From positions 838,216 through 902,215 of the forward strand of contig CAVSWU010000003.1 of the NCBI GenBank assembly GCA_963731795.1: a DNA stretch of 64,000 nucleotides, written 5' to 3'. This document shows positions 39,255-49,293 of the stretch, one piece after another (position 1 is the first letter of the stretch; each line of letters opens with the position of its first letter). The translations under genes and the position numbers were made by a program. The notes below the pieces were generated by a model. That model was given only the letters and a program-made list of their open reading frames with translations, did not search any database and was not told the origin of the DNA. Origin of the DNA: an uncultured delta proteobacterium. GTDB lineage: Bacteria; Myxococcota; Myxococcia; Myxococcales; Myxococcaceae.

Positions 39255-41005
39255 GGCGAGGCCTCCAGAGTGGAGGTGTCTCCCTCGGGCAGGCCCAGCT
39301 CGCGGGCCTTGAGCAGCCGGCGCATGATCTTCCCCGAGCGCGTGCGCGGCAGCGTGGGCAGGAACTCCAGCTCCTTGGGGGCCACGACAGCGCCCAGCCG
39401 CGTGCGCGCGTGGGCGAGCAGCTCCCGGCGCAGCGCCTCCCCGGGGGTGAAGCCCTCCTTGAGCGAGACGAAGGCCTTCACCACCTCGCCGATGGTGGGC
39501 TCGGGCCGGCCGATGACGCCGGCTTCGGCGACCGCGGGGTGCTCGAGCAGAGCGCTCTCCACCTCGAACGGACCGATGAGGTGGCCCATCGACTTGATGA
39601 CGTCGTCGGCCCGCCCCACGAACCAGAAGTAGCCGTCCTCGTCCTTCTTGGCGAGATCCCCGCTGAGATACCAGCCGCTGGCGAAGCACTTGCGGTAGCG
39701 CTCCTCCTCGTGGAGGTAGCCGCGGAACATGGAGGGCCAGCCAGGGCGCAGCGCGAGCTCACCCTCGCGGTTGGGCTCGTCCACCGGCTCCACGCTCCCG
39801 TCGGGCAGGTGCCGGACGATGGCAGCCTCCACCCCCGGCAGCGGCCGGCCCATGGAGCCCGGCTTGATGTCCATGGAGGCGTAGTTGGCCACCATGATCC
39901 CGCCGGTCTCCGTCTGCCACCAGTTGTCGTGGATGGGCAGTCCGAGCGCGCGCTGCCCCCAGAGGACGGCCTCCGGGTTGAGGGGCTCACCCACGCTGGC
40001 GATGAAGCGCAGGTCGCTGAGGTTGAAGCGGCGGGGTAGCGCCTCGCCAGCCTTCATCAGCATCCGCACCGCCGTGGGCGCGGTGTACCAGACCGTGACG
40101 CGCTCGTCCTGGAGGATGCGGTACCAGCGCTCGGCATCGAAGTCGGCCTCGTCCACCACGCAGGTGAGGCCGTGCGTCAGCGGGGAGATGATGCCGTACG
40201 AAGTCCCCGTCACCCAGCCGGGATCCGCGGTGCACCAGAAGATGTCGTCCGGGTGGAAGTCCAGCACGAGCGTCCCGGTGACATGGTGGGCCAGCACCGC
40301 CCGGTGGACGTGGATGGCGCCCTTGGGAGTGCCCGTGGTGCCACTGGTGAAGTGCAGCAGGGCCATGTCCTCCGGGGAGGTGGCGCCGATCTCGTAGGTG
40401 TCGCTCGCCCGCGACAGGAGCGCCTGGAGATCCTGGGTGCCCTCCCCCGCCTCCCCGTCCACGAGGAGCACGTGCTTCAGCTCCGGGAGGGAGTCACGCA
40501 GCGGCGCCACCTTCTTGCGGTAGAGGGCGACTGTCGTCACCAGCACGCGGGCGTCGCCGAGCCGCAGGCGGGCCTGGATGGGCTCGGGGCCGAAGGCTGA
40601 GAAGAGAGGACAGAAGACGGCCCGGTGCTTGAGCGTGCCGAGCGCGGCGATGTAGAGCTCGGGGATGCGCCCCAGCAGCGAGAAGACGCGATCCCCCGGC
40701 TGAAGGCCCAACCCGGCGAGCAGGTGAGCGAAGCGGCTCGTCCAGGCGGAGAGCTCCGCGTAGGTGAAGCTCCTCCGCTCGCCATGACGCCCCAGCCAGC
40801 GCAGCGCCTGGCGCCCTCCCTGCCCATCCCGGCAGTGCCGGTCCATGGCCTCATGGGCGATGTTGAGGCCCCGGCCACCGGGGAGCCCGGCCAGCTCGCG
40901 CTCGGCGGCGGCCCAGGAGAACGAGGACCGCGCCGCCTCGTAGCTGGGCATGTTGGGCGCGCCGTGCCCGTCCGGGCGCGGCTTGGTGATCTTGCGCACG
41001 TCCAT
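39251..41005 (-). CDS. AMP-forming acyl-CoA synthetase (acetate/propionate-CoA ligase-like).
   Basis: [19 protein letters not shown]...WWQTETGG...[26 protein letters not shown]...[11 protein letters not shown], the AMP-binding family motifs. Confidence 0.85.
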   Translation of the reverse strand: MDVRKITKPRPDGHGAPNMPSYEAARSSFSWAAAERELAGLPGGRGLNIAHEAMDRHCRDGQGGRQALRWLGRHGERRSFTYAELSAWTSRFAHLLAGLGLQPGDRVFSLLGRIPELYIAALGTLKHRAVFCPLFSAFGPEPIQARLRLGDARVLVTTVALYRKKVAPLRDSLPELKHVLLVDGEAGEGTQDLQALLSRASDTYEIGATSPEDMALLHFTSGTTGTPKGAIHVHRAVLAHHVTGTLVLDFHPDDIFWCTADPGWVTGTSYGIISPLTHGLTCVVDEADFDAERWYRILQDERVTVWYTAPTAVRMLMKAGEALPRRFNLSDLRFIASVGEPLNPEAVLWGQRALGLPIHDNWWQTETGGIMVANYASMDIKPGSMGRPLPGVEAAIVRHLPDGSVEPVDEPNREGELALRPGWPSMFRGYLHEEERYRKCFASGWYLSGDLAKKDEDGYFWFVGRADDVIKSMGHLIGPFEVESALLEHPAVAEAGVIGRPEPTIGEVVKAFVSLKEGFTPGEALRRELLAHARTRLGAVVAPKELEFLPTLPRTRSGKIMRRLLKARELGLPEGDTSTLEASP

Positions 41006-41110
41006 TGATGGCCACCGTGTCCTTCCAAGAGCACGAGGTGAACCTAGGGAGCAGACGTGGCGTGCGCTCTTGCCCGGTGGGGCACCTCATCGTTCACGCG
41101 GAGGGGCTCT

Positions 41111-41614
41111 TCACAGCTTGTAGCCGAGCTTGCGCAGCAGCGCCTTGCGCTCGAGCACATCGGACTCCCGCTCCACCCCGAGCGGTGGCTCGCCGTCCAC
41201 GACGCCCAGGATGCCGCGGCCCCGCTCCGTCCGGGCGATCAGCACCTCGACGGGGTTGGAGGTGGCGCAGAAGATGCGGCACACCTCGGGGACCTGCTTG
41301 AGCGGAGTGAGCACGTTCACCGGGAAGCCGTCGCGCAGGAAGACGATGAAGGAGTGGCCCGCGCCGATGGCCAGCGCGTTCCGCGTCGCGAGCTCCACGA
41401 GCTCCGGATCGTTCCCCGAGCGCCGGATGAGCCGGACCCCGGAGGCCTCGCAGAAGGCCAGGCCGAACTTGAGGTGGGGTGAGGTCCCCGCGAGCACCTC
41501 GTGGACGTCCTCGACCGTCTTGATGAAGTGCGACTGGCCGAGGATGACGTTCATCTCCTCGGGCTTGTCGATGGGGACTGTCAGCAACTCCACCGGACAC
41601 CTCCTCGAAGCCAT
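41111..41614 (-). CDS. Adenosine-specific kinase-like (PF04008-like) small protein. The family call is tentative.
   Basis: MASRRCPVELLTVPIDKPEEMNVILGQSHFIKTVEDVHEVLAG..., 167 aa. Assigned from memory of the family N-terminus. Confidence 0.4.
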   Translation of the reverse strand: MASRRCPVELLTVPIDKPEEMNVILGQSHFIKTVEDVHEVLAGTSPHLKFGLAFCEASGVRLIRRSGNDPELVELATRNALAIGAGHSFIVFLRDGFPVNVLTPLKQVPEVCRIFCATSNPVEVLIARTERGRGILGVVDGEPPLGVERESDVLERKALLRKLGYKL

Positions 41615-41724
41615 CGCTCACACCACGCGGCGCCGATGAAGGTGCGGGCCACCTGGAGGGCTCGCAAGGCCCCCTGCACTCCGGGGTTGGGCTGCTGTCA
41701 CCCGACGTCATCGCTAGCCTTGAG

Positions 41725-42933
41725 ATGAGGGCTCGGGAAATGACTCCGAACATCCAAGGCACGGGGCGAACGGTTGGTGGCACTCCCTCGGCTCCCTCGG
41801 GGGCGATCTCCCTCTTCCTCTGCGGCGACGTGATGACCGGGAGGGGGATCGACCAGGTGCTGCCCCACCCGGTCCCTCCTCACCTCTACGAGTCCTATGT
41901 GCGTGACGCCCGGGACTACGTCGCGCTGGCGGAGGAGCGGAACGGCTCGATCGCCAAGCCTGTCAGCTTCGAATACATCTGGGGAGACGCGCTCGCCGCG
42001 CTGGAGCAGGCCGCACCGGACGTGCGGCTGATCAACCTGGAGACCAGCATCACCACGAGCGAGGAGTGGTGGCCGGATAAGGGCATCCACTACCGCATGA
42101 ACCCGGCCAACGCCGCGTGCCTCACGGCGGCCCGTATCGACTGCTGCGCGCTGGCGAACAACCACGTGCTGGACTGGGGATACCCGGGGCTGAGGGAGAC
42201 GTTGGCGACCCTGCGGAATCTGGGAATCGCCACGGCGGGGCTGGGCGAGAACCTCGAGGTGGCACAGCGGCCCGCTGTGCTGGGAGTGGGAGCCAGAGGC
42301 CGAGTCATCGTGTTCTCGTTCGGAGAGGACGGCAGCGGGATTCCGCCCGAGTGGGCGGCAGGGGTGGACAGGCCGGGATTGGACTTCCTGCCGGACCTGT
42401 CTCCCTCCACGGCGCGGCGCATCGGCGAGCGAGTACGGTCCGTCAAGCGCGAGGGGGATATCACCGTCGCCTCCATCCACTGGGGTGGCAACTGGGGCTA
42501 TGCGGTGCCACCGGCGCAGCGAGCCTTTGCCCACGCGCTCATCGACGAGGCGGGCGTGGACGTCATCCACGGCCACTCCTCCCACCACCCCCGAGGCATC
42601 GAGGTCTACCACGGGAGGCTCATCCTCTACGGCTGCGGGGACTTCTTGAATGACTACGAGGGCATCAGCGGCTACGAGGCGTTCCGGGGTGACCTGACGT
42701 TGATGTACTTCGCGTCGGTAGACCCGGCGAGCGGTCAGCTCACCCGCCTGCGCATGCTCCCGATGCAGCTGCGCCAGCTCCAGCTCCATCGAGCCTCGGA
42801 CCGTGACGCCGCGTGGCTGTGCGGCGTCATGGAACGAGAGGGCGGTCGCCTGGGAACCCAGACGCGCCGGGCCGAGGACGGGGCGCTCCTCCTCCGGTGG
42901 GAGGGTGGGACTCGCGGCCTGGCAGACGAGTGA
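41725..42933 (+). CDS. CapA/PGA_cap family metallophosphoesterase-like protein (poly-γ-glutamate synthesis CapA family).
   Basis: ISLFLCGDVMTGRGID...INLETSIT...CALANNHVLDWG...VIHGHSSHHPRGIE, the PGA_cap motifs. Confidence 0.75.
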   Translation: MRAREMTPNIQGTGRTVGGTPSAPSGAISLFLCGDVMTGRGIDQVLPHPVPPHLYESYVRDARDYVALAEERNGSIAKPVSFEYIWGDALAALEQAAPDVRLINLETSITTSEEWWPDKGIHYRMNPANAACLTAARIDCCALANNHVLDWGYPGLRETLATLRNLGIATAGLGENLEVAQRPAVLGVGARGRVIVFSFGEDGSGIPPEWAAGVDRPGLDFLPDLSPSTARRIGERVRSVKREGDITVASIHWGGNWGYAVPPAQRAFAHALIDEAGVDVIHGHSSHHPRGIEVYHGRLILYGCGDFLNDYEGISGYEAFRGDLTLMYFASVDPASGQLTRLRMLPMQLRQLQLHRASDRDAAWLCGVMEREGGRLGTQTRRAEDGALLLRWEGGTRGLADE

Positions 42934-43076
42934 TGCTCGGAGACGGTGGGCCGCCCCCGAGGGCTGATTGCCCCCAGGTGCTCCGTGTCCACGTTCTGGC
43001 GTCCCCCGCTCATGCCTCGACAGCCCCAGGCGCGAGGCACGAGCTGGTGCGGAAGCAGAGCAACCCAGGAGAAAAC

Positions 43077-43577
43077 ATGGCCATCATCAAAAGAGGTGAA
43101 GTTGTCCCCACGGCTCGCCGCATGCTTCAGTGGGATCCATTCCAGACCATGCGCGAGATGCTGAACATGGAGCCGCTGCCCCAACTGCTCCCGGAGCTCC
43201 TGCGCGGCCCGGAGAGGATGGTGGGGTATGTCCCCGCCTTCGATGTCTGGGAGACCAAGGACGCCATCATGTTCAAGGCGGACGTGCCGGGGCTGCGTGA
43301 GCAGGACATCGACATCAACGTCACCAGCAACCGCCTCACCATCTCTGGCAAGCGCGAGGCCGAGCAGGTCTCGGAGTCGGATACGTACTACTGCTCCGAG
43401 CGTTCGTCGGGCGTGTTCACGCGGACCTTCACGCTGCCGGAGGGCATCAACGCCGACCAGATCCGCGCGGATCTCAAGGAAGGCATCCTCACGGTGACCG
43501 TGCCCAAGACCGCGGGGGCCCAGCCGAAGCGCATCAACGTCCAGGGCACGGCGGCCGGCGGGAAGGTGAAGGCCTAG
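43077..43577 (+). CDS. Small heat-shock protein (Hsp20/α-crystallin family).
   Basis: VPAFDVWETKDAIMFKADVPGLREQDIDINVTSNRLTISGKRE...SGVFTRTFTLPEGINADQIRADLKEGILTVTVPK. AGGAG SD upstream. Confidence 0.88.
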   Translation: MAIIKRGEVVPTARRMLQWDPFQTMREMLNMEPLPQLLPELLRGPERMVGYVPAFDVWETKDAIMFKADVPGLREQDIDINVTSNRLTISGKREAEQVSESDTYYCSERSSGVFTRTFTLPEGINADQIRADLKEGILTVTVPKTAGAQPKRINVQGTAAGGKVKA

Positions 43578-46351
43578 CCAGCGGCAACGCGGTGGGGGCC
43601 TCCCGCACGGGGGCCTTCACCGCCTTCCTGCCTGCTTCGCCGTGGCGAGGGCCCGGCAGGCTGTGGGTGCCATTGCTTGCCCATAGCCCGCCGGAGCCAC
43701 GCCTTCCTCCCCTCCTCCAGGGCCAGCATCCCGAGCGCGAACGGGAGCATGAAGAGCCACACCTCGGCGGGAAGTGGCGCCGTGGAGAAGATCCGGTTTC
43801 CCCAAGGCGTGTAGACGATGAACGCCAGCAGGAGCAGCTCCACCGCCACGGCCGGCAGCAGCAGCCGGTTGCTGCGCAGCCCCATCGCGAACGTGGACTC
43901 GCGCGTCGTGCGGCACAGCAGGACATTGACCACCTGCATGATGACGATGGCGCCCAGACAGGCTGTCATCCCTTGCAGGTGCAGCGGGGCATTCCACGCC
44001 AGCGGAGCGCCAGGGCGCCAGCCCCCGCGTCCGAGCACGAAGAAGAACGCGGCCATCCCCGCCGTGGCCTCCATCAGCCCGAGGAAGAGGTAGGCGCGTA
44101 CGAGCAGCCCTGCTTCGAGCAGCCTGCGGTGAAAGGCCGCGGGCGGCTGCTGCATCACCCCGGGGTGTGGAGGCTCCGCCCCCAGCGCGAGTGCCGGCAG
44201 GATGTCCGTGCCGAGATCCACCGCGAGGATCTGCAGGATGGTGAGGGGCAGCGGGATGCGAAAGAGCACGAACGCCAGGTACGGGACGAGCTCGGGGACA
44301 TTCGAGGTGAGGATATAGGTGAGGAACTTGCGGATGTTCTGGAACACCGCGCGCCCCTCCTCGATGGCGTTGACGATGGTCGCGAAGTGATCGTCCGCGA
44401 GCACCACATCCGCGGCCTCGCGCGCCACATCGGTCCCGGTGCGTCCCATGGCGATGCCGATGTGCGCCTCCTTGAGCGCGGGCGCGTCGTTCACTCCGTC
44501 CCCCGTCACGGCGACGATCTCGCGCTTGCGCTTGAGCGCGGCCACCACCCGCTGCTTATCGCCCGGGGCCACGCGCGCGAAGAGCACCTCGGGGGCGTTC
44601 AGCGCGAGCTGCAGTTGCGTGTCCGACATCCTCCGCAGCGCCACGCTCGTCAGCACCACCGGCTGCTCCGAGCGCACCAACCCCACGGTCCGCGCCACCG
44701 CCTCCGCGGTCTGGGGGTGATCTCCGGTGACGAGGATGACGCGGATGCCGGCCTCGCGGCAGCGCTGGATGGCCTCGGGAACCTCCGGCCGGATGGGATC
44801 CTCCAGCCCGATCAGCCCGGAGAGGACGAGCCCCTCCTCCAGCCGCGCTCGGTCCTCGTGCTCGCCGACGCGCCGCCATGCGAAGGCGAGGACCCGGAGC
44901 CCCTCCCGCGCGAGCTGCTCCCCGACTCGCAGGAAGCGCTCCCGCACCTCTGGCGACAACGCGCGGACCCCCGCCTCCGTCTGGACCTCCCGGCACAGCG
45001 GCAGCAGCACCTCCGCCGCTCCCTTGGTGTAGAGCACGCGCCCCTCGGGCGTGCGGTGCAGCGTGGACAACCGCTTGCGCTCGGGATCGAAGGGAAGCTC
45101 GTCCTCGCGAGGAGCTTCGAGCGGCCCCGGGAGCACCTCGGCCCCCAAGGACAGGAGCGCCAGCTCCATGGGATCTCCCGCGAGCTCCACGTCACCCTCC
45201 CGCCGCAGCTCCTTGACGTTCTGACAGAGCCGCGCGCCCTCGAAGAGCCTCTGGTGGGTGGGCACCAATGCGCGGAGCGCCTCGGGCACGGCGGGATGGA
45301 GGCCCCCGTCCACGTAGAGGGCCTTCACCGCCATCCGGTTCTCCGTGAGGGTCCCCGTCTTGTCGGTGCAGATGACCGTGGCCGCGCCCAGCGTCTCCAC
45401 GGAGATGAGGTTGCGCACCAGCGCGTTGCGCCGGGCCATGCGCTGCGAGGCCATGGCGAGCGCCAGAGTCACGGTGGGCAGCAGCCCCTCGGGCACGTTG
45501 GCCACGATGATGCCGATGGCGAACAGGAGGTTCTGCCACAGCGGCAGCCGCATGGCCTGGCCGATGAAGAAGAACGTGACGCCGATCCCGGTGGCCAGCA
45601 CCGCGACGATGCGGCCCAGGCGGACGATCTCTTGCTGCAGGGGTGAGAGCCCCTCGCCCGCCGCCTGCGTGAGGTGGGCAATCCGGCCGAACTCCGTCTG
45701 CATCCCCGTGGCGAACACGAGCGCCTGGGCCCGACCGGCCGTGAGGAACGTGCCCGCCAGCACCACGTTGGTGCTGTGCACCATCTCCTCCTCGGTGCTC
45801 GGCGCGGAGTCCCGCGGCTCGGGCGAGGACTCGCCCGTGATGGTGGCGTTGTTCACCCGTGCCTCGTGACTCTCCATCACCCGGCAGTCCGCGGGCACCT
45901 GATCCCCCTCCTCGAGCACCACCACGTCTCCAGGAACCAACGCGGAGGCCTGGAGCAGCAGGAGCTGCCCCTCTCGCAGGGCCTTGATCTGGTTGGGCAG
46001 GAGCCGGCGCAGCGAGGCGATGGCCTGCTCGGCGCGGTACTCCTGGAGGAAGGAGAACAGCCCGTTGACGAGGATGACGCCGAGGATGGCGAAGCCCAGC
46101 GTGGCCATTCCCTCGCCGGGGTTCCGCCACTCGGCGATGAAGGCCAGGGCCGCGGCGCCCCAGAGGATGAGCGCGAAGAAGTGGGTGAACTGGCGCAGCA
46201 GCTTCCGCGCGAGGGGCTCCTGCTCCGGGTGGGCGATCTCATTGGGCCCGAACTCCCGGAGCCGGCGCTCCGCCTCGGCGTGGGAGAGCCCCTCGGAGCG
46301 GCTGTGCAGGCTGCGCAGGCTCTCCTCCGCCGTGAGATGGTGGATCTTCAT
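43574..46351 (-). CDS. Cation-transporting P-type ATPase (second copy, P2/P3-like).
   Basis: LSHAEAERRLREFGPNEI...VICTDKTGTLTEN...VTGDHPQTA...VTGDGVNDAPALK. Its stop overlaps the Hsp20 stop region. Confidence 0.85.
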   Translation of the reverse strand: MKIHHLTAEESLRSLHSRSEGLSHAEAERRLREFGPNEIAHPEQEPLARKLLRQFTHFFALILWGAAALAFIAEWRNPGEGMATLGFAILGVILVNGLFSFLQEYRAEQAIASLRRLLPNQIKALREGQLLLLQASALVPGDVVVLEEGDQVPADCRVMESHEARVNNATITGESSPEPRDSAPSTEEEMVHSTNVVLAGTFLTAGRAQALVFATGMQTEFGRIAHLTQAAGEGLSPLQQEIVRLGRIVAVLATGIGVTFFFIGQAMRLPLWQNLLFAIGIIVANVPEGLLPTVTLALAMASQRMARRNALVRNLISVETLGAATVICTDKTGTLTENRMAVKALYVDGGLHPAVPEALRALVPTHQRLFEGARLCQNVKELRREGDVELAGDPMELALLSLGAEVLPGPLEAPREDELPFDPERKRLSTLHRTPEGRVLYTKGAAEVLLPLCREVQTEAGVRALSPEVRERFLRVGEQLAREGLRVLAFAWRRVGEHEDRARLEEGLVLSGLIGLEDPIRPEVPEAIQRCREAGIRVILVTGDHPQTAEAVARTVGLVRSEQPVVLTSVALRRMSDTQLQLALNAPEVLFARVAPGDKQRVVAALKRKREIVAVTGDGVNDAPALKEAHIGIAMGRTGTDVAREAADVVLADDHFATIVNAIEEGRAVFQNIRKFLTYILTSNVPELVPYLAFVLFRIPLPLTILQILAVDLGTDILPALALGAEPPHPGVMQQPPAAFHRRLLEAGLLVRAYLFLGLMEATAGMAAFFFVLGRGGWRPGAPLAWNAPLHLQGMTACLGAIVIMQVVNVLLCRTTRESTFAMGLRSNRLLLPAVAVELLLLAFIVYTPWGNRIFSTAPLPAEVWLFMLPFALGMLALEEGRKAWLRRAMGKQWHPQPAGPSPRRSRQEGGEGPRAGGPHRVAAG
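43593..43611 (+). terminator. Weak candidate hairpin after Hsp20 (GGCCUCCCG-ca-CGGGGGCC).
   Basis: A ~7-bp GC stem lies 16 nt after the Hsp20 stop. There is no U-tract. Confidence 0.25.
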
Positions 46352-46366
46352 GCCTGCCGGCCCTGG

Positions 46367-47830
46367 TCAGCCCTTGAGCACCGCGAGGGGCACCAGCCGC
46401 GCCACCTTCCGGGCGATGCCCGCGGTCTCCACCGCGTCCACCACGCGATCGACGTCCTTGTAGGCCGTGGGGGCCTCCTCCGCGAGCTCCGCATTCGAGG
46501 GGCACTCCACGATGATGCCCTGGGCGTTCAGCGCCTTGCGCAGCTCCGCGCCCACCACCTGCCGCTTCGCGGCGGCGCGGCTCATCTGGCGGCCCGCGCC
46601 ATGGCAGGCGCTGCTCAGCGAGACGGCCTGGGACTCGCTCCGCCCCACCAGCACGAAGGAGGCCGTGCCCATGCTGCCGGGGATGAAGACCGGCTGGCCG
46701 ACCTCCTGGTAGGCCGCGGGCAGCTCCGGGTTCCCCGGGCCGAACGCCCGTGTGGCGCCCTTGCGGTGCACGCAGAGCTGGTGCTCCCCGTACGTTTCCA
46801 GCTTGGCGATGTTGTGCGCCACGTCGTAGACGATCCGAGCCCAGGTCTCGTCCCGAGCACCGAGCCTCCGGTTGAACGCCTCTCGCACGCGGTGGGTCAG
46901 TACCTGCCGGTTGGACCAGGCGAAGTTGGCCGCGGCGCACATGGCCGCGTAGTAGTCCTGCCCCTCCTTCGAGGAGAACGGCGCGCAGGCGAGCTGCCGG
47001 TCCACCAGCCGGATACCTTCACGGCTCAGCGCCCGATCCATCTCCCGCACGGAGTCCGTGCAGACCTGGTGCCCCAGCCCGCGAGAGCCGGTGTGGATGA
47101 GGATCGTGAGCTGCCCCTCGAACAGCCCGAACGCCGCGGCGGCGCTGGCATCATGGATGCGCTCCACGCGCTGCAGCTCGATGAAGTGATTTCCGCCGCC
47201 GAGCGTCCCGAGCTGATCGTGCCCTCGCTCACGGGCCCGGACGGTGACCTTGTCCGCCCTGGCGCCGGGGAGCTGGCCACCCGCCTCGATGTGGGCGAGA
47301 TCCTCCACCGCCCCCAGCCCCAGGACACGCACCACGTAGGGCACGCCTTCTTCGAGGACCCGGTCGAGCTCATCCATGCTCAAGGCCAACCGGCCGTGGC
47401 GACCAAAGCCCGTGGGGATGCTCCGGGCCAGATCGTGGGCCAGCTCCGGCAGGACGTCCTTCACCTCATCATGGCGGAGCCCCGTGGTGAGCAGCCTCAC
47501 GCCACAGTTGATGTCGAAGCCGATCCCGCCTGGGGAGATGACCCCATGGGGCATCAAGGTGCCCGCCACGCCGCCCACGGGGAAGCCGTAGCCCTCGTGC
47601 ATGTCCGGCATGCCGATAGCGAAGCCCTGGATGCCCGGCAACGTCGTCACGTTGACGAGCTGGGTCATGCTGCGATCCCGAGACATCTGCCGGAGCAGCT
47701 CCTCGTCCGCCACGATCCGGGCCGGCACGCGCATGTCCGAGCGAAAGCTCCGGTCCAGTTCATAGAGCGCTGGACCGAGCTGGCGGAGAAGCCGCGGGAG
47801 CCGCTGCTGGACTTCGACGATGGGTTCCAT
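46367..47830 (-). CDS. rtcB: RNA-splicing ligase RtcB.
   Basis: GMPDMHEGYGFPVGGVAGT...DINCGVRLL...CHGAGR, the RtcB metal-binding and GMP-His motifs. Confidence 0.9.
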   Translation of the reverse strand: MEPIVEVQQRLPRLLRQLGPALYELDRSFRSDMRVPARIVADEELLRQMSRDRSMTQLVNVTTLPGIQGFAIGMPDMHEGYGFPVGGVAGTLMPHGVISPGGIGFDINCGVRLLTTGLRHDEVKDVLPELAHDLARSIPTGFGRHGRLALSMDELDRVLEEGVPYVVRVLGLGAVEDLAHIEAGGQLPGARADKVTVRARERGHDQLGTLGGGNHFIELQRVERIHDASAAAAFGLFEGQLTILIHTGSRGLGHQVCTDSVREMDRALSREGIRLVDRQLACAPFSSKEGQDYYAAMCAAANFAWSNRQVLTHRVREAFNRRLGARDETWARIVYDVAHNIAKLETYGEHQLCVHRKGATRAFGPGNPELPAAYQEVGQPVFIPGSMGTASFVLVGRSESQAVSLSSACHGAGRQMSRAAAKRQVVGAELRKALNAQGIIVECPSNAELAEEAPTAYKDVDRVVDAVETAGIARKVARLVPLAVLKG

Positions 47831-47864
47831 CCTCACCTCGGAGCGGCCGAAGCCGCGGTGGCGG

Positions 47865-48284
47865 TCAGACGTCGAGCACGACGGTGGCGATGAAGCCGTC
47901 CTCGTGCTCGTGGATCTCCAGCCCATGGAAGGTGGCGGCCTTCACCGCGGTCTTGAGCACCGAAGGGGTGAAGCCACGGATCCGGGCGTGCAGCCCTGTC
48001 TCGGAGACGCGGTCCACGTCGAAGTCCGTGTAGACGCGCTTTCTCGCATCCGAGCGGGAGATGAGCTCATTGAGCCAGTCGACGAGCAGGGCCTCGGTGT
48101 CCGCCGCCTCGAGGGTGATTTCCTCTTGCTCCTCTCCGGGCAGCTCCTCGGGATGCTCCTCGCCGAGCATGAGCTCGGCCAGCGCGTACCCTGCCTCCTC
48201 GAAGAGCTCCGGCAGGTCCGTGCCCTTGATGCGGATCTGGACCTCTCCGGTGTGCGGCTCGAACTGGTAGGTGCCCGGCTCCAC
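47865..48284 (-). CDS. Archease (RtcB activator).
   Basis: YQFEPHTGEVQIRIKGTDLPELFEEAGYALAELM...ATFHGLEIHEHEDGFIATVVLDV, the archease fold signature, immediately upstream of rtcB. Confidence 0.8.
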   Translation of the reverse strand: MEPGTYQFEPHTGEVQIRIKGTDLPELFEEAGYALAELMLGEEHPEELPGEEQEEITLEAADTEALLVDWLNELISRSDARKRVYTDFDVDRVSETGLHARIRGFTPSVLKTAVKAATFHGLEIHEHEDGFIATVVLDV

Positions 48285-48438
48285 GACCCCCTCCTTGGAC
48301 AGAAGGCTCCTGTCTCAAGGTGGAGGCATCCTCCGGCGCGAGCAACACGCGAAGATGGCGGCCCGGCGGCAGACCGCGTGAGCCTCTGCCTGCCCAGGGC
48401 TTCGTCTGGCGGCTGGTTTCGGGCAGCCGAGCGGTGGT

Positions 48439-49180
48439 TCAACCCCCTCGGGAGTTTCGCCGCTCCCGCAGGCGCTCGCGCAGGTTCTCCCGGCGCTCCT
48501 CGATCTTCCTCTCTGGGGGCTCGCGCTGCCGCTTCTCCATCCTGTCACGCGTGGCGCGGATGAACCGCTCGAATGACCCCTTCGGTCCGATGAAGCGCTC
48601 CCGGAGCACCTGCGCGCGCAGCAGGCGGAGCCGCTCTCCGCCGCGCACCTGTTGCAGGCGGCGCGCCATCTTCCCCGGCTGGCCCGGGACGCCCTCGTCG
48701 TGGAGCACGTCGACGAGCCCCTCCTCCACCTCCACGCGTGTCTCCTCACCCTCCAGCTCCACCTGGAAGGTCGTGCCCCGCACGCCAGCGACGGCCCGCT
48801 CGGTGGAGATGTCGAACTTCGACGGGGAGCCGGCCACTGCCTTCTTCACCTTGGCCCATACCGTCCCGAGCAGGAGGCTGGCGGAGAAGGCCTGCCGCTC
48901 CATCCCGGAGAAGGAGGCCTCGTCAATCCGCAGCCGGGAGCCCCCCGCCAGCACCAGCGTGCTCTCATCTGTCAGGATCAGGGCGAGGTTGCCCCCAGGT
49001 TGCACGTTGAGCTCATCCCCCAGCTCGATGGCACTGCCCTCCCGGAGCGCCTCGGGGGTGCCTCCCTGCGCCGTGCGAGTAGCCTCCCCCTCGAGCTGCG
49101 CGACCCGCCCCACCTCGGCGAACGCCGGGAGCGCGAAGCAACAAGTCAGCCAGAGCAGCAGATGACGCACGGACAAACCT
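48439..49180 (-). CDS. FecR-domain protein (secreted or periplasmic) with a basic C-terminal tail.
   Basis: GTG start (SD GGAGG). Signal peptide RHLLLWLTCCFALPAFA. FecR-like core: LALILTDESTLVLAGGSRLRIDE...ISTERAVAGVRGTTFQV. Confidence 0.6.
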
Positions 49181-49293
49181 CCAGAGAGTGTGGACCCCAA
49201 TATCCGCCAACACACCTGAGGTCCGAAAGTTGCGTGCAGGACTTCGCCGGAGTGACAACGCGCTATGCTCTCTCCCCCTAGAGGTGTCCGTCC

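Noticed and set aside
42933-43076. CIRCE/HrcA or a σ32-type heat-shock promoter upstream of Hsp20.
   Set aside because: No TTAGCACTC-N9-GAGTGCTAA element or recognisable -35/-10 heat-shock consensus is present.
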